From the NCBI RefSeq assembly GCF_000143415.4, contig NW_003314331.1, positions 367,507 to 431,506 on the forward strand: DNA of 64,000 nucleotides. The letters run 5' to 3'. Source of the DNA: Selaginella moellendorffii (taxonomy: Eukaryota > Plantae > Lycopodiophyta). A program made the translations under genes and the position numbers. The notes beneath the pieces were generated by a model that was given only the letters and a program-made list of their open reading frames with translations, ran no database searches and had not been told where the DNA came from. Shown one piece after another: positions 21,480 through 33,539 of the stretch (the first letter of the stretch is position 1; each line of letters opens with the position of its first letter).

Positions 21480-23610
21480 AAACATATCATCTTGGTTCTC
21501 TTCTCCTTTGCATGCTGTTCAAAGTAAATACACTTAAAGTCAGAAATTGCCACAGAATTAATAGATTTTCTTGATAGGCATATGAATTTTTTCACTGGAT
21601 AAGTGAACATCAATTGGTTATAAGATTTCCAAAGAAAATAAGAATCATAAATGATTTTTTTTTAATCAATTTAATACAACATTCATCATTCACATGGAAG
21701 ACATTGCCAACTTAGGTATGGATTAAAAAATTTAGTACAACAAAATGTCTATGTTTATTGGTGCAAACAATTATTGATAATATGCCAAGGATCTACAGAA
21801 TTGATCACACTATAATCTATATGATGTATAAGTATGATGACAATGGTGAACTATATTCTAAAACAGTATACACTATATGAGCTATCAAAAGTGATGTGAA
21901 TTTGTGGAAGTTCTTTATCAAAGTATAATCTATATGAATAATTATATAGTGTATGAGCATTAGGAAACTATTTAAGTAACCACATGGAACAATGTGTGGC
22001 AAACTATAATTTTTATGAACTATACATTGTGTAAAATAGTTACTAACTTTAGAAAAATACTTTGATAACTACATAGAACATGAATATAAAAAACTATATA
22101 TAGATTGAGCTATATAAAAATTATGTAAAAAACCATATAAAGAGTCAATACATATTTTTACTTAGATTCTTACTACAACTGTGTGTTTATAGTAGAAGTT
22201 ATAAGGAGATTTTCTCAAAAATCACCCTCTCCTCTCTAAAAGTGAAAACACATTCATTCACAAGACATGATTGTCCAAGTGTTGACGTTTAATTTTCTTT
22301 CCATTACTCCATCCTTACTCTGATACCAATGTTAGAATTGTGGCTAACGAGGGGCAAAAACATTTTGAAAGAATATTCAATATGGTGGATTTAAAAGGAG
22401 AACTAAGGTTTGATAAACCCTAAGAGAAGGACTATAAAGGGAGGATTGTTAAGCACCAAATCAGGATAATAAAATAAAGAAAAAGCCCTACAATTAAATA
22501 ATCACCCCTTTAATCAGTGTAAGGGATAATATCCTACCCTTTTATTATTCAAGTCCAAGATTCCCACAATGTTTATGATGCCTTCCCTCTACTAGAATTT
22601 CCTAAAATTTTGCCACCTCCTTTCTTTGTTGATGATCTTTTTGAACCATCCAACACCTTCATAATTGACTTGTTCTTGATTCTTCTACTAAAATCCCAAA
22701 GATTTCTTAAATCTCAACTAAGATCCTATGTGGATTAAACCACACTTCAACTATTTCCACCCTATTTTAAACTCATGTCATATTCATTTCTTATGGGATG
22801 ACTATTCAAACTATGGGAACACAATGCCATTTTATATATATTGCAAGAATATTCATGAATATTTTGATTCATGCCAGATAAGTAGGCATTAGACAAAAGG
22901 GCTGCTATTTTACACATTAATTCCCAGCATTTGCTACAAATCAAAACTATAGCTTGAAATACATTTAGATTAATTAATCTCTAAGTATATCCTAGTCTAG
23001 TTTATGCTAACACGTATTTAAATTAATCTTTTATTATATTATAAACATGTTTATCTTCTAAGTATATTCTAGCATATGATTCCGAGTAAACGTGGCCTTA
23101 ATTCCATGTCCAACTTTTTTAAAGCCTTGAGCAAGGAATGAAGAATGTGAGAATCTCCTCACTAAACTCTTGCATTTACACTTTTTTTCCTTGAAAGCTT
23201 TGCATAAACATTTCATTATGACAAATAAACGCCCTAAAGCTGGTTTAGCTCTGGTCACTACTGTGCATCCAAATCACAATAAATCAATCAAGCAAGGCAA
23301 TATAATTTATAATATGGTATCAACCAAAGCTAAATAGGTTGTATGATAGATACATGTTTACAGTTTTGCAATTACCCACCATTAAATTAAAATGTAATGT
23401 TATCAGTCCTAAAATGAAGATTTAGTGGAGTTCAGAAGAAAAGTATGTATGTAGTCACATTTTGCTATGGTATTGTCTTGGTGGTACTAGAAAAGTCCTT
23501 TGTCCTAGCTACATCGCAAAAAAGCATACGATCTTGTATTTGAATAGTGCCCCAGACAAAATCATGTGATAGCATACGAATATGCACTTGGTAGATTCTC
23601 TGGGAATATA
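21480..23610. mobile_element. Heavily degraded LTR-retrotransposon/pararetrovirus-like debris (mixed orientation)
   Basis: Plus strand RT/RNaseH-like traces (KSEIATELIDFL, MFIGANNY, LYSV*ALGNYL); minus strand YSFDL*QMLG..IAALLS; copia-like PRESTKCIFVCY near 23560-23605; a PBS at 22318. Confidence 0.4.
22318..22328 (-). mobile_element. tRNA-iMet primer-binding site of an LTR retrotransposon
   Basis: Minus strand TGGTATCAGAG, one nucleotide after an LTR-like end ..TAACA (plus TGTTA at 22330). Confidence 0.65.
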
Positions 23611-23821
23611 CTCCTCTCTCTTGGTTGGCCAAATTCTCTCTTTTGAGGCGCCGCGCCAGGGCGGTGGTGAGCGCCCTGCATGCGCGCGCCTTCCTCGATT
23701 TCTGGTGTCGCCGCTTGATCCATCCCAGCTCCCCTTCCCCAATTGCTCGCTCCCTCCATCGATCCTACAATCCGATCGCGCCCCTATCTGATCGATCGAT
23801 CCCAAAATCCTTTGTATCGTC

Positions 23822-25951
23822 ATGCTGGCGCCGGGGGAAATGTTGCTCATAGCTCGCGAGTGCCCCGCCAGCGGCTGCTCGCAGTGGATTTTTAGGTATC
23901 TCAAGGATTGCGTGTGCGATGTGAAAGATGGAGTCTCCTTCTCGCTGGGGCTGATCAGCGTTTTGAGCTGGGGCATTGCCGAGGTCCCCCAGATCATCAC
24001 GAATTACAAGGAGAAATCCACCGAGGGTGTCTCGCTTGTCTTTCTCATGACTTGGGTCGTTGGGTAAGCCATTCCTTTCGTTCTCTCCTCTCTTTTTCTC
24101 TTTGGTTCCCAGTGTGGAGATGGTGGAGAGATTCCATCTTTGTTTTCTTGCTGCCGGCTCTCTCATTTAATGCATCGCTTGCTTTCTCCTCGATCGTGTG
24201 TGCTTGGATTGGATCAAACGCATTAACTCTCCCATCTTATACTCGTGAAGGGATTTTTTCAATATCGCGGGGTGTCTACTCGAGCCAGCAACTGTAAGTC
24301 AGGGATCATCTCCATCGATTTTTTTTCTTTTCCCGGTTTTGCTACTGACGATCGTTTGTTTTCTTCCCTGAATTGGACATCCAATACGCAGCTCCCAACG
24401 CAATTCTACATGGCACTGGTAACAGCGTTCCATGTTTAACTAATCACTGCTTTGTTTCTCGGCGCTGGCAGCTTTACACCTTGACAACGCTCGTCCTCGT
24501 CGCTCAAACAATCTATTACGGACAGATCGCCAAACGCCACAGGCCTGACTCACCCTCCATCGAAGAGCCCTTGATCCCTCCAGAGGTAAAGATCTAGCAT
24601 CTTATATGTTTTTCAATTAGAACAGGACTATAGTTTTTCTGTCTCGATCACTGCTAATCGAAATAAAATAAACTCTAGAAACAGGCAAGGCGAGCGCAAG
24701 AGACACCGGTGACCCCCGTGACGAGCCAGCCGATATCTTCCATAAGCGTTCCAAGCCCGAGTCCTCGACAGTTCTACTACACGTCAGTGCTCTAGTCTCG
24801 ATCGTTTGTTTGTTTGTTTGTTTCATGGCTAAGGACTAAGTTTTTAAACGTGTGATCCTTGCACAGATCTGCGAGATCCTTGACGCGAAGCCACACACCC
24901 ACAGCTGGTTCTTATCTATCCACCTCAGGTGTTAAGAGAGGGGACTACTTATCTTCTCATCCATCTCTGTCGAATCTCCAAGCTGTCGAGGCCCAGATTG
25001 TTGCCGCGTCGCATCTGGGAAAATCAGAGCCCAGGATGATCAGATCAGTAAGCTCCACAGACTCCTTCCTTTCTTTGGTTTGTTTTGTTCGTTCTCTAAC
25101 TTTTCTGTATCTTTTTCTTTTTCGGTGGAAAGGTGGCTGCTAGTTTGATGATGTTTGGTGGCTATGCATTACACTCTCGTTGGGAGTCGCAAGCTAGGTC
25201 CTCGTCTGGTGGTCATGTCGTCTTCAGCAGCGCGAGACGCCTCCTGCAGGTACGAGAGATAAGATTCACCCCTGAAGTTTCTCTCGGGGTGAAAAACTCG
25301 ATTTACCAGTGAAGTTTCTGGTGATGGAATGAGAGTTTTTCTTGCAGGACTCTGGAAGTCACAGTAGAGCTGGAGAGATGCTCGGGTGGGGAATGGCCGC
25401 GATTTACATGGGTGGAAGGGTACCTCAAATCTGGCTCAATGTGTGATCTCTCTCTTTTCTTTTTCTTTCTTTTTGGTCTGACATGAAGTTGATTTTTTCT
25501 TGTCTTCCTAGATTACGAGAGGAACAGTGGAGGTAATCTTCAATCATTTTCTAAGTTTTGTTTCTCTAAAGTTGCGACTTTTCCAGGGTCTCAATCCGAT
25601 GATGTTCTTCTGCGCGCTAATGGGAAATGCTACATACGTTGGAAGGTGAATGAGCTTTAGTTCGTTGGGATTCATTGTTTTTTTTTTTTTTTTTTGTGCT
25701 GTGGTTGCAGCATCCTCGTCCGGAGCACGGATTGGACCAAGTTGAAGCCCAACATGCCATGGCTGGTGGACGCTGCTGTTTGCGTTATTCTGGATTTTTT
25801 CGTATGGTTTTTCTTCTGTTTTCGATGTTCTTCCTTGACGGTGTTTTTGCAGATTCTTGCGCAATTTTGCTACTACCACCGCTTCGTGACAAAGTGTAAC
25901 AGCCAGAACAGTGGCTCCGAGGAAGGGCTTGTAGAGAAACAGAATGTTTGA
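23822..25951 (+). CDS. PQ-loop vacuolar/lysosomal cationic amino-acid transporter (YPQ/PQLC2-like), many short introns
   Basis: First PQ loop SWGIAEVPQIITNYKEKSTEGVS..WVVG|DFFN; second loop LGWGMAAIYMGGRVPQIWLN..EGLNPMMF..MGNATY; NMPWLVDA..LDFF|ILAQFCYY. Confidence 0.9.
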
Positions 25952-26198
25952 TAGAGCGAGAGCTTCGTTTTAGGAAGATCAATTGGAGATTCTCAATGTT
26001 TTATAAAGGTTGAATATTTTCAACGATTTGCTAAAGGTTGTATGTTTCATTGTCTCGTGATGCTCGCTTTGCACGATGTTCCCAAGAAAATCTTTCCAAA
26101 CAAAACGATGGCATTGCTTTAGTGTGCGTTGACGCATTCATCCGGAATCCAGATCGATCGATCGATAGTTGTTGATCGCTAGCAAACGAAAATTTTCC

Positions 26199-27600
26199 AT
26201 GGAGGAGCTCCGGGAGCTGCGCCGATCTGGCAAGGACGTGAAGCTGGGAGATGCCGAGGTATGGGAGGACGATCCATCACAGCTCGCCATAGCCAAGCAA
26301 ATCCTAGAAGATCAATCATACATTCAAGATGATCCATCCCTCTTCATCCGGCCCAAGATCATCGAAATTGTGCCATTTTCCAAGAGGTCCTCCAATTCTT
26401 CTACTGGATCCTCCTCCTCTCCACGCTTTTCCAATCCAAGAGATCCTCGAGGACGAATTCGTCTTCCATTTTTTCCTCCGCAACTGGATCATCCTCCTCC
26501 TCTGCTTTTCAGACGTCCGTGATCAAGAAGAATTTGTCCTCCAGTTCTTCCTCCGCCAGTACTGGATCCTCCTCCTCGGCTTCCAAGACATCCACGACCA
26601 GGAAGAATTCGTCCTCCATTTCTTCCTCCGCCACTAAAATCCTCCTCCTCGGCTTCCAAGACGTCCGCAAGGATGAATTCGTCCTCCATTCCTTCCTCCG
26701 CCGCTACTGGATCCTCCTCCTCTCTCCTCTTCCCTGCTACCATCCCCCAGATCGACTACGCGGCGCCGGCAGCACGATCCTCCTCGCACAATCGAGATTA
26801 TCCCCTCTTCGGCGGCTATACGCGGCGGTCGTGCCATTGCATCCAGCTCGACACCAAGAACCTAGCTTCCCCGACCAGATCCCGGCAGCGATCCAGCACA
26901 ATGCCCGCGAGTAGCGCGTGGCGATCGCGCTTGCCATCGAGCCAAGCGTCCGGATCACCCCCGCCAACGTGGACGTGGAGCTCCGGATCAAGACCCTATC
27001 CGTGGGCGTGTTTGCTCAAGAACGAGGCAGCGCTGGGCTTCTACCCTTACCGGATTAGATTCTCGATCGAGCCCCAGCTGCGCGATCGCAGCGCCGTCGC
27101 GATCCCGCTCTACACGCCCAGGATCGGAGCTAGCGACAGCGGCGGGACAAGTTGGCGCGCGGCCCGTGTCGATCAGTGGGGAGAAGAGCTGGGGGATGGA
27201 ATGCCAAGAATCGACAGAGAGGGGGATGATCAGCGCCGGCGTGGAGGAGTCCGGGAACACGGCAGTGTTTGAGTGGAGGCTTTTGCGATGGAGCCACAAT
27301 GCCGCGACATATAACGCGCACAAGCCACACCCTGGATTGAGCTTGCCTACCAAGTCTCTCAAGGTTGAAGAACGATTGATCTCTCGTTTTCTTCCAGGCA
27401 CCATTTCCACAGGAATCAAAGTGGAAAGCTTTCCCGACGTCATGTGGGATCTCCACCCGAGATCAAAGTTTCCGCTCCAATTCAAGTTCCAGTTGGAGGT
27501 GGGGATGCATCTGCTGTGGTTTGTGGGCACGAGTGGCCGAGTGGAGCAGCCGGGGATTCGAGTTTCGTCACGAGTTTCTAGTTAGCGATGGTGTGATCTC
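26199..27600 (+). pseudogene. Family-X subfamily A copy A1 (candidate beta-PFT-fold gene), frameshifted
   Basis: Ser-rich N-terminal region, then CHCIQLDTK, VRITPANVDVELRIK, ALGFYPYRIRFSIEP, LYTPR, EKSWG, AVFEWRLLRWSHN, intron near 27364-27398, FPDVMW, FKFQLEVGMHLLWF, EFLVSDGV; at least three frameshifts and one stop. Confidence 0.75.
26385..26735 (+). repeat. Coding-type minisatellite, about 75-bp unit, 4-5 copies
   Basis: GAATT(C/T)GTC recurs at 26455, 26530, 26605 and 26675; one frame reads NSSSISSSATGSSSSASKTS. Confidence 0.85.
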
Positions 27601-28200
27601 CACCGTCACCTGAAAGTATATTCCGTTGAAGATGGTTTCACTTCGTGTTCAAGCCATTTCCAATGCACTGTTGATCGTCTTGCTCGAGCTGGGCAGCTTA
27701 ATGAGGTTAAAGGGCTGATTGCGAGCATGCCATATGTTCCAGAGCTCAAGAACTCGGAGACTCTCCCTTGGCATGCAATATCCATATGGTGACACGCAGC
27801 AGCGGCTGGCAGCACGTTCGAGTAGATGAGCAAAACCGGTTGGCGTACGTTCTCTTGTCAAATGCCTTGAAAAGAGTATGAGATGTTTGGATTTAGATAG
27901 ATGGCTTCAGTCAGTGATTGATGTCGAGGTGAAAATGCTGATCCAAAGTCTGGATACATTGGAACGAATTTTCTCCACCCTTGAGAAGCTTTACTTCTGG
28001 TATTAGAACCAGACGAAAAGGATGTCTCGTTAGGCAATTCATCTTCAAAGAATCATTGCCTGCTTGAGATTCCCGACCTCGGCATACGCCACAACCATGG
28101 CTGCGATAGCGAGAACATTAACAGCTCCATCGCCGCTATTTGGTCGAAGAAGCATTGACCTAATTCAAATAACCATTTGAAAACTCGGAGCCATACGTCC
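27600..28200 (-). pseudogene. Decayed gene/LINE-like fragment in the A-family tandem unit (paralog at 37640-38140)
   Basis: Both copies end ..STEYTFR*; LWNIWHARN resembles the W.IW..RN motif of the L1 ORF2 C-terminus. Confidence 0.3.
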
Positions 28201-28502
28201 TGGATCTATCTCAGCACCAGAGATTGCTGTTGCTTCCCCAGTCACTGATTGCGAAAACAAGGGGCGGGAAAATCCAGGACTCTACATTTTTGTCCTCTCA
28301 TGCAGTACCGTGTCTGTCTTGCGTAGCCCAAAGACTCGATACAGCAGCTTGCATTTTATATCGCAAGCGAGAAGGAGCGCGAGGATACCCAAGACGCGGC
28401 CTCAATCCAAACATCCATGAGTCTCATGCTATCGATAGATAGATATGCAGCCCAAAATCTCGGATACCGCAGCTCGGTCTCCCGTATAATTCGGACAGAC
28501 AT

Positions 28503-29357
28503 TTGACGTTCGTTGACACTTTTCGCCGTACACTCCGGAATGAAGATGGCATTCTTGCAAATTCAAAATTTTCCATGGAGGAGATCCGCAGGGACCCAGA
28601 TGATCCCCTCTTCGACGACGACCATACATGGCGGCCGTGCCATTGCATCCAGCTGGACACCAGGAACCGTAGCTTGCCCCAGATACGCATCACGATCCCG
28701 GCCGCGATCCAGCACAAAGTTCGCGAAGTTCCGGATCACGCCCGCCAACGTGGAACTGGAGCTCCGGATCAAGACCCTCTCGGTGGGCGTGCTCTTGATG
28801 GACGTGCTCAAGAACGAGGCCGCGCTGGGGTTCTACCCCTGCCGGATAAGATTCTTGATCGCGCCACATCCCAGCGCCGTCGCGATCCCACTCTAAACGC
28901 CCAGGATCAGTGGAGCTGGGGAGAGGACCTGGGGAATGGAATTCGAGGAATCGACAGAGACGGGGATGATCAGCGCTGGCGGGGAGGAGTCTGGGAACAC
29001 GGCGGTGTTTGAGTAGAGGCTTTTGCGATGGAGACACAATTGAGGTACAACGCGCAAAAGCCACTCTGGAACAAAGTCTCTCAAGGTTTGTCCTCCATAG
29101 CCATAGCCATCTCTATCTCAGTGGATCTCTATCTTTTCTTCCAGGCCCCATTTGTAGGAGGAAGCACAGGCATCGAAGTGGAAAACTTTCCCGTTGTCAT
29201 GTGGCATCTTCATCCGAGCATGAGATCAAAGTTTCCGCTCCAATTCAAGCTCCAGTTGGAGGTGAGAAGCATCTGCTGTGGTTTGTGGGCACGATCCGGC
29301 TGTTCCGAGCGGCCAAATGGACTAGCGAGGTTTCATCACGAGTTTCCACCGTCCTGA
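28503..29357 (+). pseudogene. Family-X subfamily A copy A2
   Basis: WRPCHCIQLDTR, ALGFYPCRIRF, same intron, FPVVMWHL, FKLQLEV; the Ser repeat is deleted; stops and frameshifts. Confidence 0.75.
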
Positions 29358-29639
29358 AAGTGTTCATTGGAAACACTTCCAGTAAAATAACTTCTCATGC
29401 AAAGACTTTGAACATGTTACCGTTGAACTATGGCACTTCCCTTGCTTCTCAGTACGTTGTCGATGTCGACCCAAGAGCTGCATAGATGCATTGTTCAATC
29501 CAGCTGGTTGTGTGGTGGGATCGTCGAGCCAAAACTCCCTATATTCGTTGACCTACTGTGTTGCACATCTGTTGATTCCTCGTGGTTTCGCATCTTGTCG
29601 GTGGCCCTCAATCCTTTTTCCAGATTCCAAGTTTAAATT

Positions 29640-29900
29640 GTAGTAATGAATAACAGGTTTAAAGGTACACGACCATGAATATTCAATTGTTTATTAATAT
29701 ATAAACTAGACAAACGAAGCCAACCCGCCCCTCTAGTCAACTATATTTAGTTGTCCGCATTCATTTATATATTGTCTATATATGGTACCCAACAGTAGGC
29801 TCAGAAGAGCAGATAGATGATAGGTTTCATTCTTGAGAGTCTATGTGCAACATGATTTATTCCCCAATTTATGAATCTTCCTGGAAGAAATGTGTTTCCA
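29640..29900 (+). repeat. Tandem partial duplication of the B1 promoter and first codons
   Basis: Matches approx. 29925-30190 and includes MCNMIYSPIYESSWKKC before breaking off. Confidence 0.8.
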
Positions 29901-30139
29901 GCTTCCATGATGAATCACAAGTTTGAATTGTAATAATGAATAACAGGTTTAAAGGTACACCATGAATATTCAATTGTTTATTAATATATAAACCAGACAA
30001 ACGAAGCCAATAGTCAACTATGTTAAGATGTCTCGCGAAGTGTCACTCATTCATTTATATATTGTCTATATATAGTATGTAATCCCCAACAGTAGGCTCA
30101 GAAGAGCAGATAGATGATAGATTTCATTCTTGCGAGTCT

Positions 30140-31035
30140 ATGTGCAACATGATTTATTGCCCAATTTATGAATCTTCCTGGAAGAAATGCAAGTGCTTTC
30201 AAATCAACACAAAGGTTCCATCCGACTCGCCACAGCTCGACCGGTTATGCCTTAATCTTCCTAACGGAATGCCCAAGAGCCATCAGCTCGTGGACATTGC
30301 CATGGTGATCCTGCCCTACGTACGGGAGAGCTGTGCCAACTTCGAAGTTGCTTTGGAGATCAAGAACCTCTTTGTGGGAGTGGGCGACAGCGATGTAATC
30401 GTCAACTCCGACGCCCTGGGATTCTACCCCTACCGCATCAAACTATGGATCGATCCACATCTTGACGAGATGAAGAGCCCTGTCAATGCTATCTATGACA
30501 AGAAGTCCCTTGCCAATTCTAGCGCACGCACCACGAGCAGCACCAACGAGATTGGAGCTCGATTTAATTTATGGCCAGTGTCTCTCAGATTAAAAAAAAC
30601 ATGGGGTCGGTCACTTCAAGAGCCAATGAAGTGCGAGTCCATCACTGTTGGAGATCCACGGAAGACCGCCGAGCTCGAGTGGAATCTCCTTCGCTGGAAT
30701 CACAATGGGATGAAGTATAATCCATTGAAACCATACTCTGGCCTCAGCTTCCTCCAGGTAAATGCTTCTACTCTTTTTCTTTCATCTGAGTGTGATCCAT
30801 ATAGCCGCCATTGCGAGGAGGACGCACGAGTGTGAATATCGATGACTTTCCCATCGTTGTGTGGCATCTGCCCGCAAGCATGCCATCCAAGTCTCCGCTC
30901 CGGTTCAAGCTTCGTCTCGAGGCCGAGATGCATTTCGTCTGGTACACGAGAAGCAACTGCATCTACCGCGAAGCCAATTGTACCAGCGAGAGAGTTGAAT
31001 TTTCTCGACAGTTTGTTGTCACAGACGGTGAGTGA
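30140..31035 (+). CDS. Family-X subfamily B copy B1, 282 aa, candidate alpha-hemolysin/leukocidin-fold protein
   Basis: Exons 30140-30757 and 30805-31035 joined by a 47-nt GT-AG phase-0 intron give an uninterrupted frame that is conserved in B2 and B3. Confidence 0.8.
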
Positions 31036-31289
31036 CAAGTCCGACTGTCATACTGTCTATCGCTTCTTGTAGACCCCAATGTTCTTCCCCAATATCCAGT
31101 TTGGTGCTATAAACTTACCGTGTACTAATACATGTGCCTTTCAGTGTCTTGAATGGGAGTTTAGCAGGACAGATTGTCTCTGGCAGCGTATCCAGAAATT
31201 AGCCTGCGAAAACCCTGTTGTTTTGCTCAAAGAGATCTCTTTCCTCCTTTTCTGCTTTACCCGATCGTTCACGCAATCGACGTTATGGG

Positions 31290-31900
31290 CGCGTCATGTC
31301 ACGCGTCCCTGTGGCTGTAAGAAGACTCGTTGTGGACAGCAGCAGTGTTAGAAGCCTTTCTAGCCTTTTCGGCCAGATTCCAGAGCATCACGGTGGCTAC
31401 CAAGATCATCACCGCCTTGGGTCTCACCTGCGAAAGCAAATTAACAAAGTTGGAAAAACAAGTACCTCGCCAATGTCATCCCACAGCAAGATCACGCTGC
31501 AGCCGAGCTTCCTGGCCGCACTAACCGCGTTTTGCTCGTCATCTGGAATTCATAGGATATTATCGATCCAGTGTTTGGTCACGAGCCGCCAATTTAGAAC
31601 GCGTGGTTCTGCAGTCCAGAGAAGAATGATAAGCTCTTGTCCTGTAAGTTCCAGTTCCACTTGTGTCTTGGTAAACATTAGTTCATAGCAAAGTTTGTCA
31701 TACTTGTTGTACCAAGGCTATTGATCCACACACGAAAAACCCGCTCGTCTCTCGAGTCTTGCTCATGACCCTGAATTAATTCTGCGTAAGTGAGGCTGTT
31801 GTCGGCTGTCAAACCATTGCTGCAATACGAAGAAGTTTTATCAACAGCGAGGTGGGCCTGAAATTCAATACCTTTCATGGCAGAGATAGGCCAGAAAAGC
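31290..31900 (-). pseudogene. Uncharacterised multi-exon gene or remnant of the duplicated module (copies at approx. 41510-41990 +, 48930-49500 -, 53400-53995 +)
   Basis: Conserved splice-like sites and peptides [42 protein letters not shown]|VRPKAVMILVATVMLW; copy-specific indels. Confidence 0.4.
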
Positions 31901-32246
31901 AAGATTCAAGTTTGCGGAGCCGCATGTAACGTCTCTGGGTGTGATGTACTTGTAATTTATTTCTGCCTATAGGTACAAGCGGAGTGGCAAGATCATAAGA
32001 TCTCCTGTCGCAGATCGGAAGTCACGAGCAAGAGCTGAATGCGAAGCTGGAAAAGGGAGCGACCAGCATCCAGGCCATGCTTAACAAGTTTAATACTCAC
32101 AAGCACCGGAATCCAGAGTTCCGCTACTCTGATGGAGCCGAGGAGTGTCTTGATCTTGTCACAAAATGGAACGACAAGGCGCAAGCACTGCTGGGGATCA
32201 CAGTAAGCTCACACAAGAGCTCTCATTTCTCTGCATTGATAGCTCC

Positions 32247-32636
32247 CTCATGATCGTAGGCACTCGCTCTGGCATCGCCGCATGCAAACATCGTTCCAAT
32301 TGGGGACGTGATGCTGCGTAGAATAAACGGATCGAGCGTACTCAAGCATCCAAATCCGAGACCCCACACACGGTGACGCACGAATTGGGCGTCACATCCT
32401 TTGCAAAGCTGCCCACTCGCTTCATCATCTGATGCACACGCGCTTGCAAGCGAATCGATCCTGGGAATCCAACTCGCTCTCATCGAGCGATGATCGCCGG
32501 CCCCGCCATCTCTCCGCAATGCCACCGCCGCCACTCTTGCCGCTCTCCCCGCGCCGCCGCCGCCGGATCATCGTGGAGGAGCCTGTGATTCCCAGTAACC
32601 CTGGCCCCAGCCCCACCGCCGCGCTCCACCACCAAC
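32247..32636 (-). pseudogene. At5g64816-like Cys-rich protein pseudogene
   Basis: Paralog of 49770-50201 with deletions and a frameshift after FACKRVC. Confidence 0.75.
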
Positions 32637-32711
32637 TAAGCTTGCCCTAGAGCCTGCGTATATTCTTGTGTGTATCTGCGATAAAATAGTCGAGCTCTTG
32701 GTTTTTGTATG

Positions 32712-33438
32712 GCGTGCTATTTGTAAATTCTTTATATTATACTTGCGCAAATGACCCACGCGTGCATATATGCATTTCAAATGGTACATGACTATAAAAC
32801 ATACATGTCATATATGTGGTATGGATGACCCATAATACATCCCATTCATTGTCTGGGTTATGGTGGAAAGGGTTGTTGGAGCTATATTGTTCAACACTAA
32901 TAGTGTTACTGTTGTTGCAAAAATGAGTGTTGCCTTCTAGAAGTTCTAAAACCTGTGGGCCTAAATCCTGCCCAAAGCAAATTTGGGCCTCCTAAGCATT
33001 CCAAAAGCCTCTCCATTCTGTTTGTCCGGGAGGAAAGCCATGAACCTTAGTCAAAAATACACAGCTAGTGATGTAGACATACATTCTAAACATTAACCTT
33101 ACCAGAGTTTCCATAATCTATCAATTTCTGAATAAGCTGACTCTTCTTCCACAACACACAAATTCTACCCCATTATTAAAACATAACCCCACAAACACAA
33201 AACAATCTGTTCAAGAGAAGAGAAAGATATATAATATAACTTATAGATACTCCAATTTGGGTATTTGGTAGATCCAATTTCCTCCAAAGTAATGATGGAA
33301 TGGCCTTTGCGAGAAAACTTCAATTAGGCAAAGGTATATTCAAGAGATTTTTAGGAAATATACTAAATATAATACATATGGACCTAGCACATGAGTTCTT
33401 TGCCCAAGTATAATATAGGGGATTTACAAATAGCACGC
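32712..33438. mobile_element. 727-bp non-autonomous DNA transposon (MITE, Tourist/PIF-like)
   Basis: About 40-bp TIRs (GCGTGCTATTTGTAAATTCTTTATATTATACTTGCGCAAA versus the reverse complement of TTTGCCCAAGTATAATATAGGGGATTTACAAATAGCACGC); ATG flanks both ends; absent from the paralogous modules. Confidence 0.85.
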
Positions 33439-33539
33439 ATGTACTCTCCATCCCGTTCGTTGGATCGTATCGATTTCCAATATACAAGGAAAGAAAGAAT
33501 ATCCTCTCCCCGGTTGCGACCGGTCCACTTGGGCGGTGT

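Noticed and set aside
22200-22520. Possible TRIM (PBS with a PPT-like tract about 90 nt away)
   Set aside because: Could not identify two matching LTRs.
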